DNA of 64,000 bases from assembly GCA_003152105.1 (NCBI GenBank), contig PLZJ01000002.1:753713-817712 (forward strand), read 5' to 3'. The position numbers and the translations under genes were made by a program. A model generated the notes under the pieces. It did no database searches. It had not been told where the DNA came from and saw only the letters and a list, made by a program, of their open reading frames with translations. Source of the DNA: Candidatus Levyibacteriota bacterium. Lineage in GTDB: Bacteria > Patescibacteriota > Microgenomatia > Levybacterales > UBA12049. Shown piece after piece: positions 38,886 to 47,952 of the stretch; positions within the stretch are counted from its first letter, which is position 1; every line of letters starts with the position of its first letter.

Positions 38886-40046
38886 ATGGATACTATTTTA
38901 TGCCCAAACTGTAATCAATCCATCGAAATCAGTCAAGCTATTCGCCATCACATCGAAGAAGAAGTAATTTCAGCTGAAAAAAATAAACACAAAATTGAGC
39001 TCGAACAACTAGATAGAAAAATTCGAGATGAAGAGAGAAAAAAACTTACAGAAGAAATTGATTTTAAATTAAAAGATAAAGAAAATCAGCTCGAAGAAAC
39101 AAAACTACAAAACAAAGCACTACGAGATCAATTACTCGATTTAAATAAAAGCATAAGACAGTTACAAGAATCGGAAGATAAAAGGGCTTTAGAAAATGAA
39201 AAGAGGCTTCAACAAGAGCGTTTAAACATTAAGCAAGAGGCCATGAAACAGGAAGAAGAAAAGTCTCAACTTGTAATATCAGAATTAAAAAAACAATTGG
39301 AAGATCAAAAAAAACTCTTAGTAGATGCACAAAGAAAAATGAATCAAGGCTCTCAACAATTACAAGGAGAAATTTTGGAGTTAGAACTAGAATCAAGATT
39401 ACGATCGACTTTTTTATATGATGAGATACTTCCTGTTCCTAAAGGAGTAGAAGGAGCTGATATCTTACACAAAGTATATTATAAACCAGAAGTATACAGC
39501 GGTTCTATTGTTTGGGAGCTAAAACGAACTAAAACATGGAACAAAGATTGGTTGGCAAAACTACGAGAAGACGCTAGAAAACTAGGCACATCTACTGCAG
39601 TTCTTGTTTCAGAAGTTTTACCTGATTCCATAACACATTTTGGGTTATTAGATAGAGTTTGGGTTTGTTCTTTTGAATATGCAATTCCACTTGCCTCAGT
39701 ACTTCGAGTAAACTTAGTACAAGTAACGCATGCAAAAGCTACAGCAGAAAATAAAGACAAAAAACTTGAGTCACTCTATACTTATTTAACAAATGATGTT
39801 TTTAGAGGAAGATTTGAGTCTCTTGTTGAAAGTATTGTGGAACTACAGGTTGATGCCGAAGCGGAAAAACGAGCACTTCAACGCTTATGGAAAAAGAAAG
39901 AAATTCAATTAAATAGATTAATTAATAATACGTCTTTTATGTATGGAGAATTACAGGGAATTTTAGGTTCTGCTTTGCCAACTATCAGAGGACTTGATAA
40001 TCCTCAAATCGAATCTGGTGATTATGATGAAAGCAAAACAGATTAA
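38886..40046 (+). CDS. DUF2130/RmuC-like protein: N-terminal zinc ribbon, long coiled coil, C-terminal PD-(D/E)xK-like nuclease domain
   Basis: The N-terminus has CPNCNQ and is followed by about 150 aa of E/K/Q-rich heptads. The C-terminal domain has PKGVEGADILHKV...SIVWELKRTK, a D...ELK arrangement. Confidence 0.5.
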   Translation: MDTILCPNCNQSIEISQAIRHHIEEEVISAEKNKHKIELEQLDRKIRDEERKKLTEEIDFKLKDKENQLEETKLQNKALRDQLLDLNKSIRQLQESEDKRALENEKRLQQERLNIKQEAMKQEEEKSQLVISELKKQLEDQKKLLVDAQRKMNQGSQQLQGEILELELESRLRSTFLYDEILPVPKGVEGADILHKVYYKPEVYSGSIVWELKRTKTWNKDWLAKLREDARKLGTSTAVLVSEVLPDSITHFGLLDRVWVCSFEYAIPLASVLRVNLVQVTHAKATAENKDKKLESLYTYLTNDVFRGRFESLVESIVELQVDAEAEKRALQRLWKKKEIQLNRLINNTSFMYGELQGILGSALPTIRGLDNPQIESGDYDESKTD

Positions 40047-40052
40047 CCAGTC

Positions 40053-40676
40053 ATGACACTGCCTACTTTTAATGAGGAACGTTCTCTTTGGAAAAAAGAC
40101 TATTCATTTATATCTGGAATTGATGAGGTAGGAAGAGGTAGTTTTGCTGGTCCTTTAGTTACGGCAGCAGTAATTTTCCCTAAAAATTATAACAATAGAC
40201 ACGGTATAAATGATTCAAAACTCCTTACGCCAAAACAAAGAGAAGAACAAAGTAATATTATCAAACAAGTAGCAATGTGTTTTTCTATTTCGACAATTTC
40301 AGTTTCCGTAATAAATAAAGTAGGGATAGAAAAAGCCACTCAAATGGGATTTAGGAAAAGTATAAAAGAACTTTCTGTAATGCCAGATTATGTATTAATA
40401 GATGCATTTAAAATAAAACAATTCGCAAACACAAAACAAAAAGCAATAATAAAAGGGGATAGAATCTCAGTTAGCATTGCAGCTGCTTCTATTATTGCAA
40501 AGGTATACAGAGATTCACTTATGAATACACTGCATGAAAAATTACCACAATATGATTTTCAAAACAATAAAGGATACGGAACAAACTTCCACAGGAAAGC
40601 TATATATGAATTAGGATTAACAAAATGGCATAGAACATCATTTAATTTAAGCAAGTATATAAATACTAAAGCTTAG
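40053..40676 (+). CDS. rnhB: ribonuclease HII
   Basis: The GIDEVGRGSFAGPLVTAAVI DEDD motif starts a 207-aa protein. Confidence 0.85.
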   Translation: MTLPTFNEERSLWKKDYSFISGIDEVGRGSFAGPLVTAAVIFPKNYNNRHGINDSKLLTPKQREEQSNIIKQVAMCFSISTISVSVINKVGIEKATQMGFRKSIKELSVMPDYVLIDAFKIKQFANTKQKAIIKGDRISVSIAAASIIAKVYRDSLMNTLHEKLPQYDFQNNKGYGTNFHRKAIYELGLTKWHRTSFNLSKYINTKA

Positions 40677-40698
40677 ATAATCTCATAATAGAGGAGTT

Positions 40699-41667
40699 TT
40701 ATAAAGCACTAAATGCTTTGTTTATCTTTATTGTTAAAGCGTGGATACTCTTTTCGTTATACATAGAATACGCAATTACCGATAACCCCATTTGTGTTAA
40801 GAGTTTTATTTTTTTGTTGAGTGTTTTTTCATCAATTAAATCAATCTTAGTTAAGACAATAATTTCTGGTTTAGTAAGGAGCAGTGGATTATAGTTTTCA
40901 AATTCAGATCTGACAATTTCATACGTTTGTTTAATGTTTTCATCAGTACTATCAATTAAGTGAAGTAATATTTTTGTTTTCTCAATATGCTTAAGAAACG
41001 TTATTCCTAAGCCTTTACCTTCCGAAGCACCTTCTATGAGTCCTGGTATATCAGCAATTGGGTATGTATTAAGCATCCCGATATTGGGTTCAAGTGTTGT
41101 AAAGGGATAATTACCAATTTTTGGAGTAGCATTTGTAAGAACTGAAAGCAAACTACTCTTGCCTGCATTTGGTAAACCTACCAAACCTATGTCTGCAATT
41201 AACTTTAATTCCAGTAGTAGATTTTTGGCTTCTCCTTTTGTACCTTCTTCTGAACTAAGTGGAGTTTGATTTGTAGCTGATTTAAAATAAGCATTTCCTT
41301 TTCCACCGATTCCTCCTTTAGCAAGTAAAACTTTATTATTACTATTTGTTATTTCGTATATATTTCCTGTATCAGTATCAGTAATAATCGTACCAAGTGG
41401 CACTAGTATTGTCATGTGATCTGCATTTTTTCCAAATAATTTAAATTTTTTCCCAGGAATACCGCTATTTGCAATTATCTTTTTTTTATATCTAAATTCT
41501 TTAAGATCAGTAATATTATTTGAGCCTTGAAAATAAATACTGCCTCCATTTCCACCATTTCCACCATCTGGTCCTCCTCTTGCAGTTTGACCGTTTCTTA
41601 AAAAAGTGGCGGCTCCATTTCCACCATCTCCTGCCTTAATATATAGTGTGACATTATCAACAAGCAT
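40699..41667 (-). CDS. obg: GTPase Obg
   Basis: The Obg fold has a Gly-rich N-terminus GDGGNGAATF...GGPDGGNGGNGGSIYF and the G domain GLVGLPNAGKSSLL. It ends after the G domain with no C-terminal TGS/OCT. Confidence 0.85.
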   Translation of the reverse strand: MLVDNVTLYIKAGDGGNGAATFLRNGQTARGGPDGGNGGNGGSIYFQGSNNITDLKEFRYKKKIIANSGIPGKKFKLFGKNADHMTILVPLGTIITDTDTGNIYEITNSNNKVLLAKGGIGGKGNAYFKSATNQTPLSSEEGTKGEAKNLLLELKLIADIGLVGLPNAGKSSLLSVLTNATPKIGNYPFTTLEPNIGMLNTYPIADIPGLIEGASEGKGLGITFLKHIEKTKILLHLIDSTDENIKQTYEIVRSEFENYNPLLLTKPEIIVLTKIDLIDEKTLNKKIKLLTQMGLSVIAYSMYNEKSIHALTIKINKAFSAL

Positions 41668-41777
41668 TGTTGCATTATAGTACAGATATGGTTTGTTAGA
41701 TAGTTTTTTGACATAAAGTAGCTAGAACCTGACTACTTTATTGACAGAATAAAGTTTTACAATTACTATGTCTGCAA

Positions 41778-42809
41778 ATGCCAAGAGAATTTGGTCCTGC
41801 AATTACTAGTATTGGGAAGGGATTACCCGAACATGCGTTTAGCAATCAACAAATAATTGATGATTTCGGCGTTGATAGTTCTGATGAATGGATAAGAACC
41901 AATGTCGGCATCAAGCAACGATATATTGCAGGCCCTGAACAAGCAACTTCTGATTTCGCAGTTGCTGCGGCAACAAATGCACTTGAACGTGCCCGTTTAA
42001 AAGCATCTGATATAGATCATGTTATCGTAGCTACTGCAACGCCCGATTATCTATTTCCTTCAACTGCAGTACTTGTACAAGATCGTTTAGGCGCAAATGC
42101 AGGCGCACATGATGTAATGGCCGCATGTACAGGAGGTATTTATGCACTTGCAGATATGTGTTCTATGCATGAAGCCGATTTAATCGAAATTAACAAGTCG
42201 CTAGTTATTGGAGCTGAAACTCTTACTAGGCATGTTAATTGGGAAGATAGGGGAACTGCAGTTTTATTTGGCGATGGAGCAGGTGCAGTAGTTATTGAAA
42301 ATATTCCAAATCCTGGACTTATGAAATTTGTTCTTGGTGCTGATGGGTCACAAGCGAAAAGTTTATATATACCCTCAGGTGGAAGTCGGAATCCTATTAC
42401 AGAACAAGTACTAGAAGAAGGTAATGATGCAATTATTATGAATGGGCCAAAAACATTTAAACATGCTGTTAACCGAATGAGTGAAGCGGCTGAAGAAGTA
42501 ATGCAAAAAGCACATTTAACAGATGCGTTAGGAAATATTGATACAAGACATATAGATCATGTTATCCCACATCAAGCAAATGTTAGAATTATGAATGCAG
42601 TATGGAATCGTTTTGGTCTGCCAGTCGAAAAAAGAGTATCGAAAATTGAAAAATATGGAAACACATCTGCTGCTTCTATTTTTATAGCAATGAATGATGC
42701 ATATGAAGATGGGACCATAAAAAAAGATGACGTATTACTACTTGTGGCATTTGGCGCTGGTTTTACGTATGGAGCAGCTGTTTTACAATGGCAATTAGAA
42801 AATAAATAG
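41778..42809 (+). CDS. fabH: 3-oxoacyl-ACP synthase III (FabH-like KAS III)
   Basis: SDEWIRTNVGIKQRYIA is present, with Cys in AACTGGIYAL, His in VIPHQANVRI and Asn in GNTSAASIFIA. The catalytic triad is complete. Confidence 0.75.
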   Translation: MPREFGPAITSIGKGLPEHAFSNQQIIDDFGVDSSDEWIRTNVGIKQRYIAGPEQATSDFAVAAATNALERARLKASDIDHVIVATATPDYLFPSTAVLVQDRLGANAGAHDVMAACTGGIYALADMCSMHEADLIEINKSLVIGAETLTRHVNWEDRGTAVLFGDGAGAVVIENIPNPGLMKFVLGADGSQAKSLYIPSGGSRNPITEQVLEEGNDAIIMNGPKTFKHAVNRMSEAAEEVMQKAHLTDALGNIDTRHIDHVIPHQANVRIMNAVWNRFGLPVEKRVSKIEKYGNTSAASIFIAMNDAYEDGTIKKDDVLLLVAFGAGFTYGAAVLQWQLENK

Positions 42810-42818
42810 TGCTATTTA

Positions 42819-43676
42819 TTACGAAACAAATATATCTTTATTTGCTTGTCTTTTTCCGACAAGTTGCATCCAGTCTCTTGGAAATGATTCTAGTTTTCCT
42901 GCCTTTTTCAATTTAACAAACATTTCATGTGCCGATTCTCTTAATACTTTTCTCGCCACTTCAACTGGAACTCCCGGCAATGTTCCTCCTGCAAAATCAG
43001 CATAATCACAAATTGCATCTACGTCACCCTCGTTCATTTCCACAGCTACTGTTTCTGCTGCAACATCAGTAATTCCTTTTGCTCTTGCAATTCCTACATA
43101 CTCTTCTTGCGTATGTTTAAAATAATTAAGAGGCTTTCCAGGAGAGTATCCCAAAGCTTGTGCTTTTTGTTTACCTAGAACCGCAAGTTCTCCCCATACT
43201 CGTGCTCTATTTCTTGGTGTATTTATATATCCACAACTTATGACAATTACTCCATCAGGACGTAATACACGAGCTGTTTCTTCAAATGCTTCTTCCACAT
43301 CGGTTAAGTGAATACTATTTGCAAAAACGACTACATCAAATTTACCGTCTTCTGCTGGAATTTCTTCAGCTTTACCAACTGCGAATGTTACCTCAGGACG
43401 AAAAGCAAATTTACGCCTTGTTGAAGCAATTGCACTTTCATCTGGATCTACTTCAAGAATTGTCCCACCTGCCAATACTTTATCCTCCTCTAGCAAGAGT
43501 TCAGTCATTGCTCCTTTTCCAGATCCAAGATCTAGTATATGTAGCGCTTGAGGAGCAAGTTGAATAGTCTGTCGATTAATTTCTCTATAAAAACGACGTC
43601 TAGTAAATCGCTCATAAGTATGATCAAAATCAGTAGGAACAGGTGGTGGTGTTTGATGTGTTTGTTCTGGGCTCAT
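42819..43676 (-). CDS. class I SAM-dependent methyltransferase
   Basis: Motif I ILDLGSGKGAMTELL is followed by the post-I acidic ILEVD and motif II FDVVVFANSIH. Confidence 0.65.
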   Translation of the reverse strand: MSPEQTHQTPPPVPTDFDHTYERFTRRRFYREINRQTIQLAPQALHILDLGSGKGAMTELLLEEDKVLAGGTILEVDPDESAIASTRRKFAFRPEVTFAVGKAEEIPAEDGKFDVVVFANSIHLTDVEEAFEETARVLRPDGVIVISCGYINTPRNRARVWGELAVLGKQKAQALGYSPGKPLNYFKHTQEEYVGIARAKGITDVAAETVAVEMNEGDVDAICDYADFAGGTLPGVPVEVARKVLRESAHEMFVKLKKAGKLESFPRDWMQLVGKRQANKDIFVS

Positions 43677-43797
43677 AATTAATTTAGACTGATAATAGTA
43701 GCTTTATCAATGGAAGTCAACAACTATTCCTTGAAAGATCTTGCAAAATAAAATAAAAACTGCTATTGTCTCAAAAGATTAGATCAACTCAACAATA

Positions 43798-45324
43798 ATG
43801 AATAAATCTGCAGAATATCTTGAAGCAAGAGCAGAAACATTGGGTGCACATCTTCATAAAGAACCTTCAAGTGGCGTTTCGATTACTGGATATGCTGCAT
43901 TAACTCCACTTGGTGACACGCAGGAAACTTTTGAAGGAATGTTAAATGGGCAGTCAGGTGTGGTTGAATTTGATGCAAATAATTTTGCGGTAAATGTAGC
44001 AGCACCTGTAAAACATTTCGACCCACTAGAACATTTTGATAGACGCGCACTCCGAGGTGTATCGTACGTTACTGCAATGGCTGATGTATTAACACAAAGA
44101 GCTGCCTTAGATGCTGGACTTATTCAGAGCACAAATGAAATGTTGGGCGACGAATTACCAAGTGGACAGAAACAAGATAGACATAAAATAGGAAGCTCAA
44201 TTGGAAGTGGCATTGGTCCAACCCCTAATATATTACGTATTTATCAACAATTATATAAAGATGTTGAAGGATTGGAAAGTAAATTAAGGCAAACAATTAA
44301 TCCTGAAGAAAGAAGTGAATTAGAAGGTGAAATAAAAGCAAAAATTAGAAAAAACTCTGAAAGAGTAGGACCATTGTGGGGACTGGAAATGTTCCCTGAA
44401 GAAGTAAATTCAGATCCATCTATGAAACTTGGTTATTCTGGACCAGGTATTAGCGATACTGCAGCATGTGCGACTGGACTTTCAAATGCAGTCGAATCTG
44501 TTCGAAAAATAAAAGAAGGTGAAAGTGAAAAAGATTTTGGTGGAGGTGTAGAAGCTATCTTAACTGATCCAAATAATATTCATATTGGTGACATTGGAAT
44601 TGCGTCATTTGCAGCACTTCGCCTTGTGCTTTCTACAGAATATTTTAATATTTTAAAGAAAACAATAACTAGTCCTGAAGAATCTAGCCGGCCTTATGAT
44701 CGAAATAGAGATGGATTTGTTCTGGGCGAAGGTGGAGCAGTTGTTTTATTTGAAAGATCTGATTTAGCAGCAGCAAGAGGAGCAAACGTACATGCAGAAG
44801 TTGTCGGATACAGTAAATCACTGGATGGTAAAGGTCAAACAGATTTGGATGTTGATAATGTTGCAAGAACTATTCTTGAAGCGTGCGAAAACCGTTGGAC
44901 TTATGAAATAGAAGTTCCTGATGTTATATTTGCCCATGCAACAGCTACAAAATCTGGCGACAGAGCAGAGGCAAAAGCATTGTATAAAGCATTTGGAAAG
45001 TTACTGCAAGACATTCCCATTACTGCAAATAAAAGTAATATCGGTCATTTAGCTGGAGGAGCGGGAAGTGTAAATCTAGCAATGGCGATAGAAGCACTTC
45101 GCCAACAACAAATTCCTCATATTTTAAATTTAGTTAATCCTAGATTAAATTTAGAAAATCCGGAAGAAGAAGATGATGAAGAAATAAACCATGTCGTTTT
45201 TGTTAGAAATGAGCCGCTTAAAGGAAACTTTCAAAAAGCACTTATACTTGGGTATGGTTTCGGGGGAAATAATGCTGCAATGTTGATTAGAAGACCAAAG
45301 CTTCATAACTTACTAGTTTATTAG
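43798..45324 (+). CDS. beta-ketoacyl-ACP synthase I/II-like ketosynthase (FabF/FabB family) with insertions
   Basis: The N-terminus VSITGYAALTPLGDTQETFEGMLNGQSGV leads to the active-site Cys DTAACATGL, then HATATKSGD and NIGHLAGGAG, a CHH triad. At 508 aa it carries a charged insert and an acidic C-terminal stretch EEEDDEE. Confidence 0.7.
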   Translation: MNKSAEYLEARAETLGAHLHKEPSSGVSITGYAALTPLGDTQETFEGMLNGQSGVVEFDANNFAVNVAAPVKHFDPLEHFDRRALRGVSYVTAMADVLTQRAALDAGLIQSTNEMLGDELPSGQKQDRHKIGSSIGSGIGPTPNILRIYQQLYKDVEGLESKLRQTINPEERSELEGEIKAKIRKNSERVGPLWGLEMFPEEVNSDPSMKLGYSGPGISDTAACATGLSNAVESVRKIKEGESEKDFGGGVEAILTDPNNIHIGDIGIASFAALRLVLSTEYFNILKKTITSPEESSRPYDRNRDGFVLGEGGAVVLFERSDLAAARGANVHAEVVGYSKSLDGKGQTDLDVDNVARTILEACENRWTYEIEVPDVIFAHATATKSGDRAEAKALYKAFGKLLQDIPITANKSNIGHLAGGAGSVNLAMAIEALRQQQIPHILNLVNPRLNLENPEEEDDEEINHVVFVRNEPLKGNFQKALILGYGFGGNNAAMLIRRPKLHNLLVY

Positions 45325-46971
45325 CTTAGGAATAATTGATCGCTTTACTACAGTCGCTTGCAAATCTTTTATGCCTCCGATAATTGTTCCTTCAGAAGAA
45401 ATAACGATATTACTACCAAATGTGCGTTTATCTAATTGAACAGTTTCTGCGTCATAACAAATTCCATCTCCAGCTCTGACTGTATGATTATCAAAAAAAT
45501 CTGTTTCCCCAATTCTTAAAAATAATGGCATTACATTTGTATCAATTTTTTCAAGATGAACAATGCCAGCTGCTTGGGCAGCACCTTCTATCAACTGATC
45601 TTCAAGTAAAGCAACAACTTCATCATTAGTAACTTGCTTAACCTTTAATCCTTTAATGCTCGCAGTAATTTTATTGTCATGTTCTCGAATTATAGAAACA
45701 TTATATGTGCCATCATCACAGAGCTGCGGTTCAACCCGCAATACTGTTTTTCCATCAGCAGATACAATTTCTTTAAACTCAACTTCTCTAAAGCCTACTA
45801 ACTTAAGATTTCCATCTCCTAATCCTAAATGAGATGAAATTAAGCCAATTGTTTCAATTGCTGCTCTAATTTGTTTGTGTCCTGGAAGTATTTTTGGCAA
45901 TCCACTTTCTGGAGCAAAATGCCCTTCTGCTAATAACTGATCAACATGAACGACACCATAATATGCGCTAGGATCGCCTTCTTTTTGTTTTACCGTTGTC
46001 ACAAGTTGCTGATCATTTTCTCTTGTGACTTGATTTTTTGTTGCTATTGCTCTTCCAATTCCAGATTTTCTATCTTCATCTTGATTATTTCTTTCCATAG
46101 TTTGTACGTAAACCTGTTGTGTTCCATACCACTGCTCAAGCATTGTTTGCGCATCTTCGATATCATTAAAAAATTCAGTATAACCGCTTGGAACTGATGG
46201 ATTTTTTAATAAAGCGATAACTTTTTCTCCTACCTCTGATGTTGGTACAGTTCTTGGGAGTCCAAGTTTATCCGATATAACATTATGCATATCCTCCGCA
46301 GAATACTGACCATTTGACTCTCTTTTTGCTGCTATATTAAATACCATAACATTTGCAGTATCTGGTACGATTGGTGGCGTTACTTCTAAAAATCGTATAC
46401 CCCGCTCTGCCATTTCTGCTTGTCGCTTATGAAGTGATTGTAAATCTTCATATTTGTGTCTGGCAACATTGTCGTATTGTGAAACTATTGATATGGCACC
46501 TCTGAGTTGTGGGTCAAAATGACCTGGCACACTTTGCAATCTAATGATTACACCTCCGTCATTCATGATAGGCAAAAATTGAGTTACTAAATCATTTGAA
46601 GCGTCACTGTTTAGCGCTTGAGTTGATCCAGATGTTACAAGAACTACATAATCTACTTTACCATTAAGCTTTTCTGCTGCTTCTTGAAATAACTGCTTTC
46701 TCCCTTCAGAAGTCGACATATCAGCAGATAAACCATAAGCTGTACCATTATTTTCTGAAACATCATGCAGCACCGTATTTGCCCGCTTTTGCTTATCTCT
46801 AAATGAAAATGCTACCGTTACTTTTTCAGCTGCCAATGCTTTAACGATTGCAGCTCCAATATCTCGATTACCACCAGATACAAAAGCGGTCTTGTCAACT
46901 AAAGAAAGTTCACGATTTATCTGCCTGTCTTGTATTATTTGATCTAATGTTACTGCTTGTTCTGGACTCAT
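45313..46971 (-). CDS. fusion protein: N-terminal SDR with Y-x6-K (enoyl-reductase-like FabI/FabL spacing) + FabZ-like hot-dog dehydratase + extra C-terminal region
   Basis: The N-terminal Rossmann fold has AFVSGGNRDIGAAIVKALA and YDNVARHK (Tyr-x6-Lys). The middle has HFAPESGLPKILPGHKQIRAAIETIGLI, matching the FabZ GHFP...PG...EA.AQ pattern. Total length is 552 aa. Confidence 0.5.
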   Translation of the reverse strand: MSPEQAVTLDQIIQDRQINRELSLVDKTAFVSGGNRDIGAAIVKALAAEKVTVAFSFRDKQKRANTVLHDVSENNGTAYGLSADMSTSEGRKQLFQEAAEKLNGKVDYVVLVTSGSTQALNSDASNDLVTQFLPIMNDGGVIIRLQSVPGHFDPQLRGAISIVSQYDNVARHKYEDLQSLHKRQAEMAERGIRFLEVTPPIVPDTANVMVFNIAAKRESNGQYSAEDMHNVISDKLGLPRTVPTSEVGEKVIALLKNPSVPSGYTEFFNDIEDAQTMLEQWYGTQQVYVQTMERNNQDEDRKSGIGRAIATKNQVTRENDQQLVTTVKQKEGDPSAYYGVVHVDQLLAEGHFAPESGLPKILPGHKQIRAAIETIGLISSHLGLGDGNLKLVGFREVEFKEIVSADGKTVLRVEPQLCDDGTYNVSIIREHDNKITASIKGLKVKQVTNDEVVALLEDQLIEGAAQAAGIVHLEKIDTNVMPLFLRIGETDFFDNHTVRAGDGICYDAETVQLDKRTFGSNIVISSEGTIIGGIKDLQATVVKRSIIPKLIN

Positions 46972-46975
46972 ATTG

Positions 46976-47872
46976 CTATTTAATAAGCGTCATCGCTTGA
47001 ACAACTTCAGGTTCTCTATGCGTTACTAAATATACTATCGCTCTCGCTGCATCTTCTGGAGTAAGATCATCGGAAGAGTTAAGAGAATCTCTTAAAAATG
47101 TTCTTTGCTCATCAGTTAAATCAGCTGTCAATGGAGTATCTACTAATGCAGGTCTTAGTATGCTTGTATAAATATCTCGTTTTACGTTTAACTCCGATGC
47201 AGTTCCAATTGCTATCGCTTCCATGGCACTTTTTGAAGCACTATAATTTGTTTGTCCAGGCAACATTGCATGTTTTCCAATGCTGGAAACGTAAACAATG
47301 TCTCCTCCTTTTGGATCTCTATTTCTAACCATTTTTTTGACTGCTGCTCGAGTTACAAAAAAAGCACTATCGACATTTGTACGCATCACATCATACCATT
47401 GATTCGTTTTCATTGTTAATATAAGGTTATCTTGTTTTGTGCCAACATTATTTACAACAACATCAATTCGTCCAAAAACATCAACTACTCCATTTATTAA
47501 TGCCTCTGCTCCTTCTTCTGTAGTAACATCAGCCGGAATAAAAACAGCATCCGCTCCGTCTCCAATCGCTTTTATTTCTTGAGCAGATAATTCACCCACT
47601 TCTTGCCTTTGAGGTCTGCCATTAATTACTACTTTCATACCCATTTCACCAAATAGCCGTGCGGTAGCAAAACCAATTCCTTGCGTAGAACCAGAAATAA
47701 CAGCCACTTTTCCAGCTAGTTTTTCTCGATCAACTGGAGGAAGCATATCAGGAGAGATACTGTTACCAAGTACACTTGAGATATTTTCTGGCGCAAGACT
47801 TATATTTATTTTCTGCGTAAGTGCTACATTACTTTGATTAGAGGATGATTCACGATCTTGTTCTGAGGTCAT
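46976..47872 (-). CDS. SDR-family 3-oxoacyl-ACP reductase-like (FabG-like)
   Basis: It has KVAVISGSTQGIGFATARLF, NVG and YSASKSAMEA (classical Y-x3-K), with a roughly 50-aa N-terminal extension. TTGACT-17-TATCAT lies upstream at 47890-47930 on the minus strand. Confidence 0.7.
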   Translation of the reverse strand: MTSEQDRESSSNQSNVALTQKINISLAPENISSVLGNSISPDMLPPVDREKLAGKVAVISGSTQGIGFATARLFGEMGMKVVINGRPQRQEVGELSAQEIKAIGDGADAVFIPADVTTEEGAEALINGVVDVFGRIDVVVNNVGTKQDNLILTMKTNQWYDVMRTNVDSAFFVTRAAVKKMVRNRDPKGGDIVYVSSIGKHAMLPGQTNYSASKSAMEAIAIGTASELNVKRDIYTSILRPALVDTPLTADLTDEQRTFLRDSLNSSDDLTPEDAARAIVYLVTHREPEVVQAMTLIK

Positions 47873-47952
47873 ATATTAGTTTTGAAAATGATACTACTGA
47901 GTAATAGTTGAGTCAATATGTAGTTTTATAAAAAATTGACAAGCTATTTTCA

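Noticed and set aside
41778-47872. Calling the lipid cluster a clear horizontally transferred island on GC content
   Set aside because: Hand-sampled 60-nt windows range from 27% to 47% GC within the cluster, and the mean of about 39% is only marginally above the flanks. Composition alone does not prove transfer, and I kept it only as a weak supporting note.
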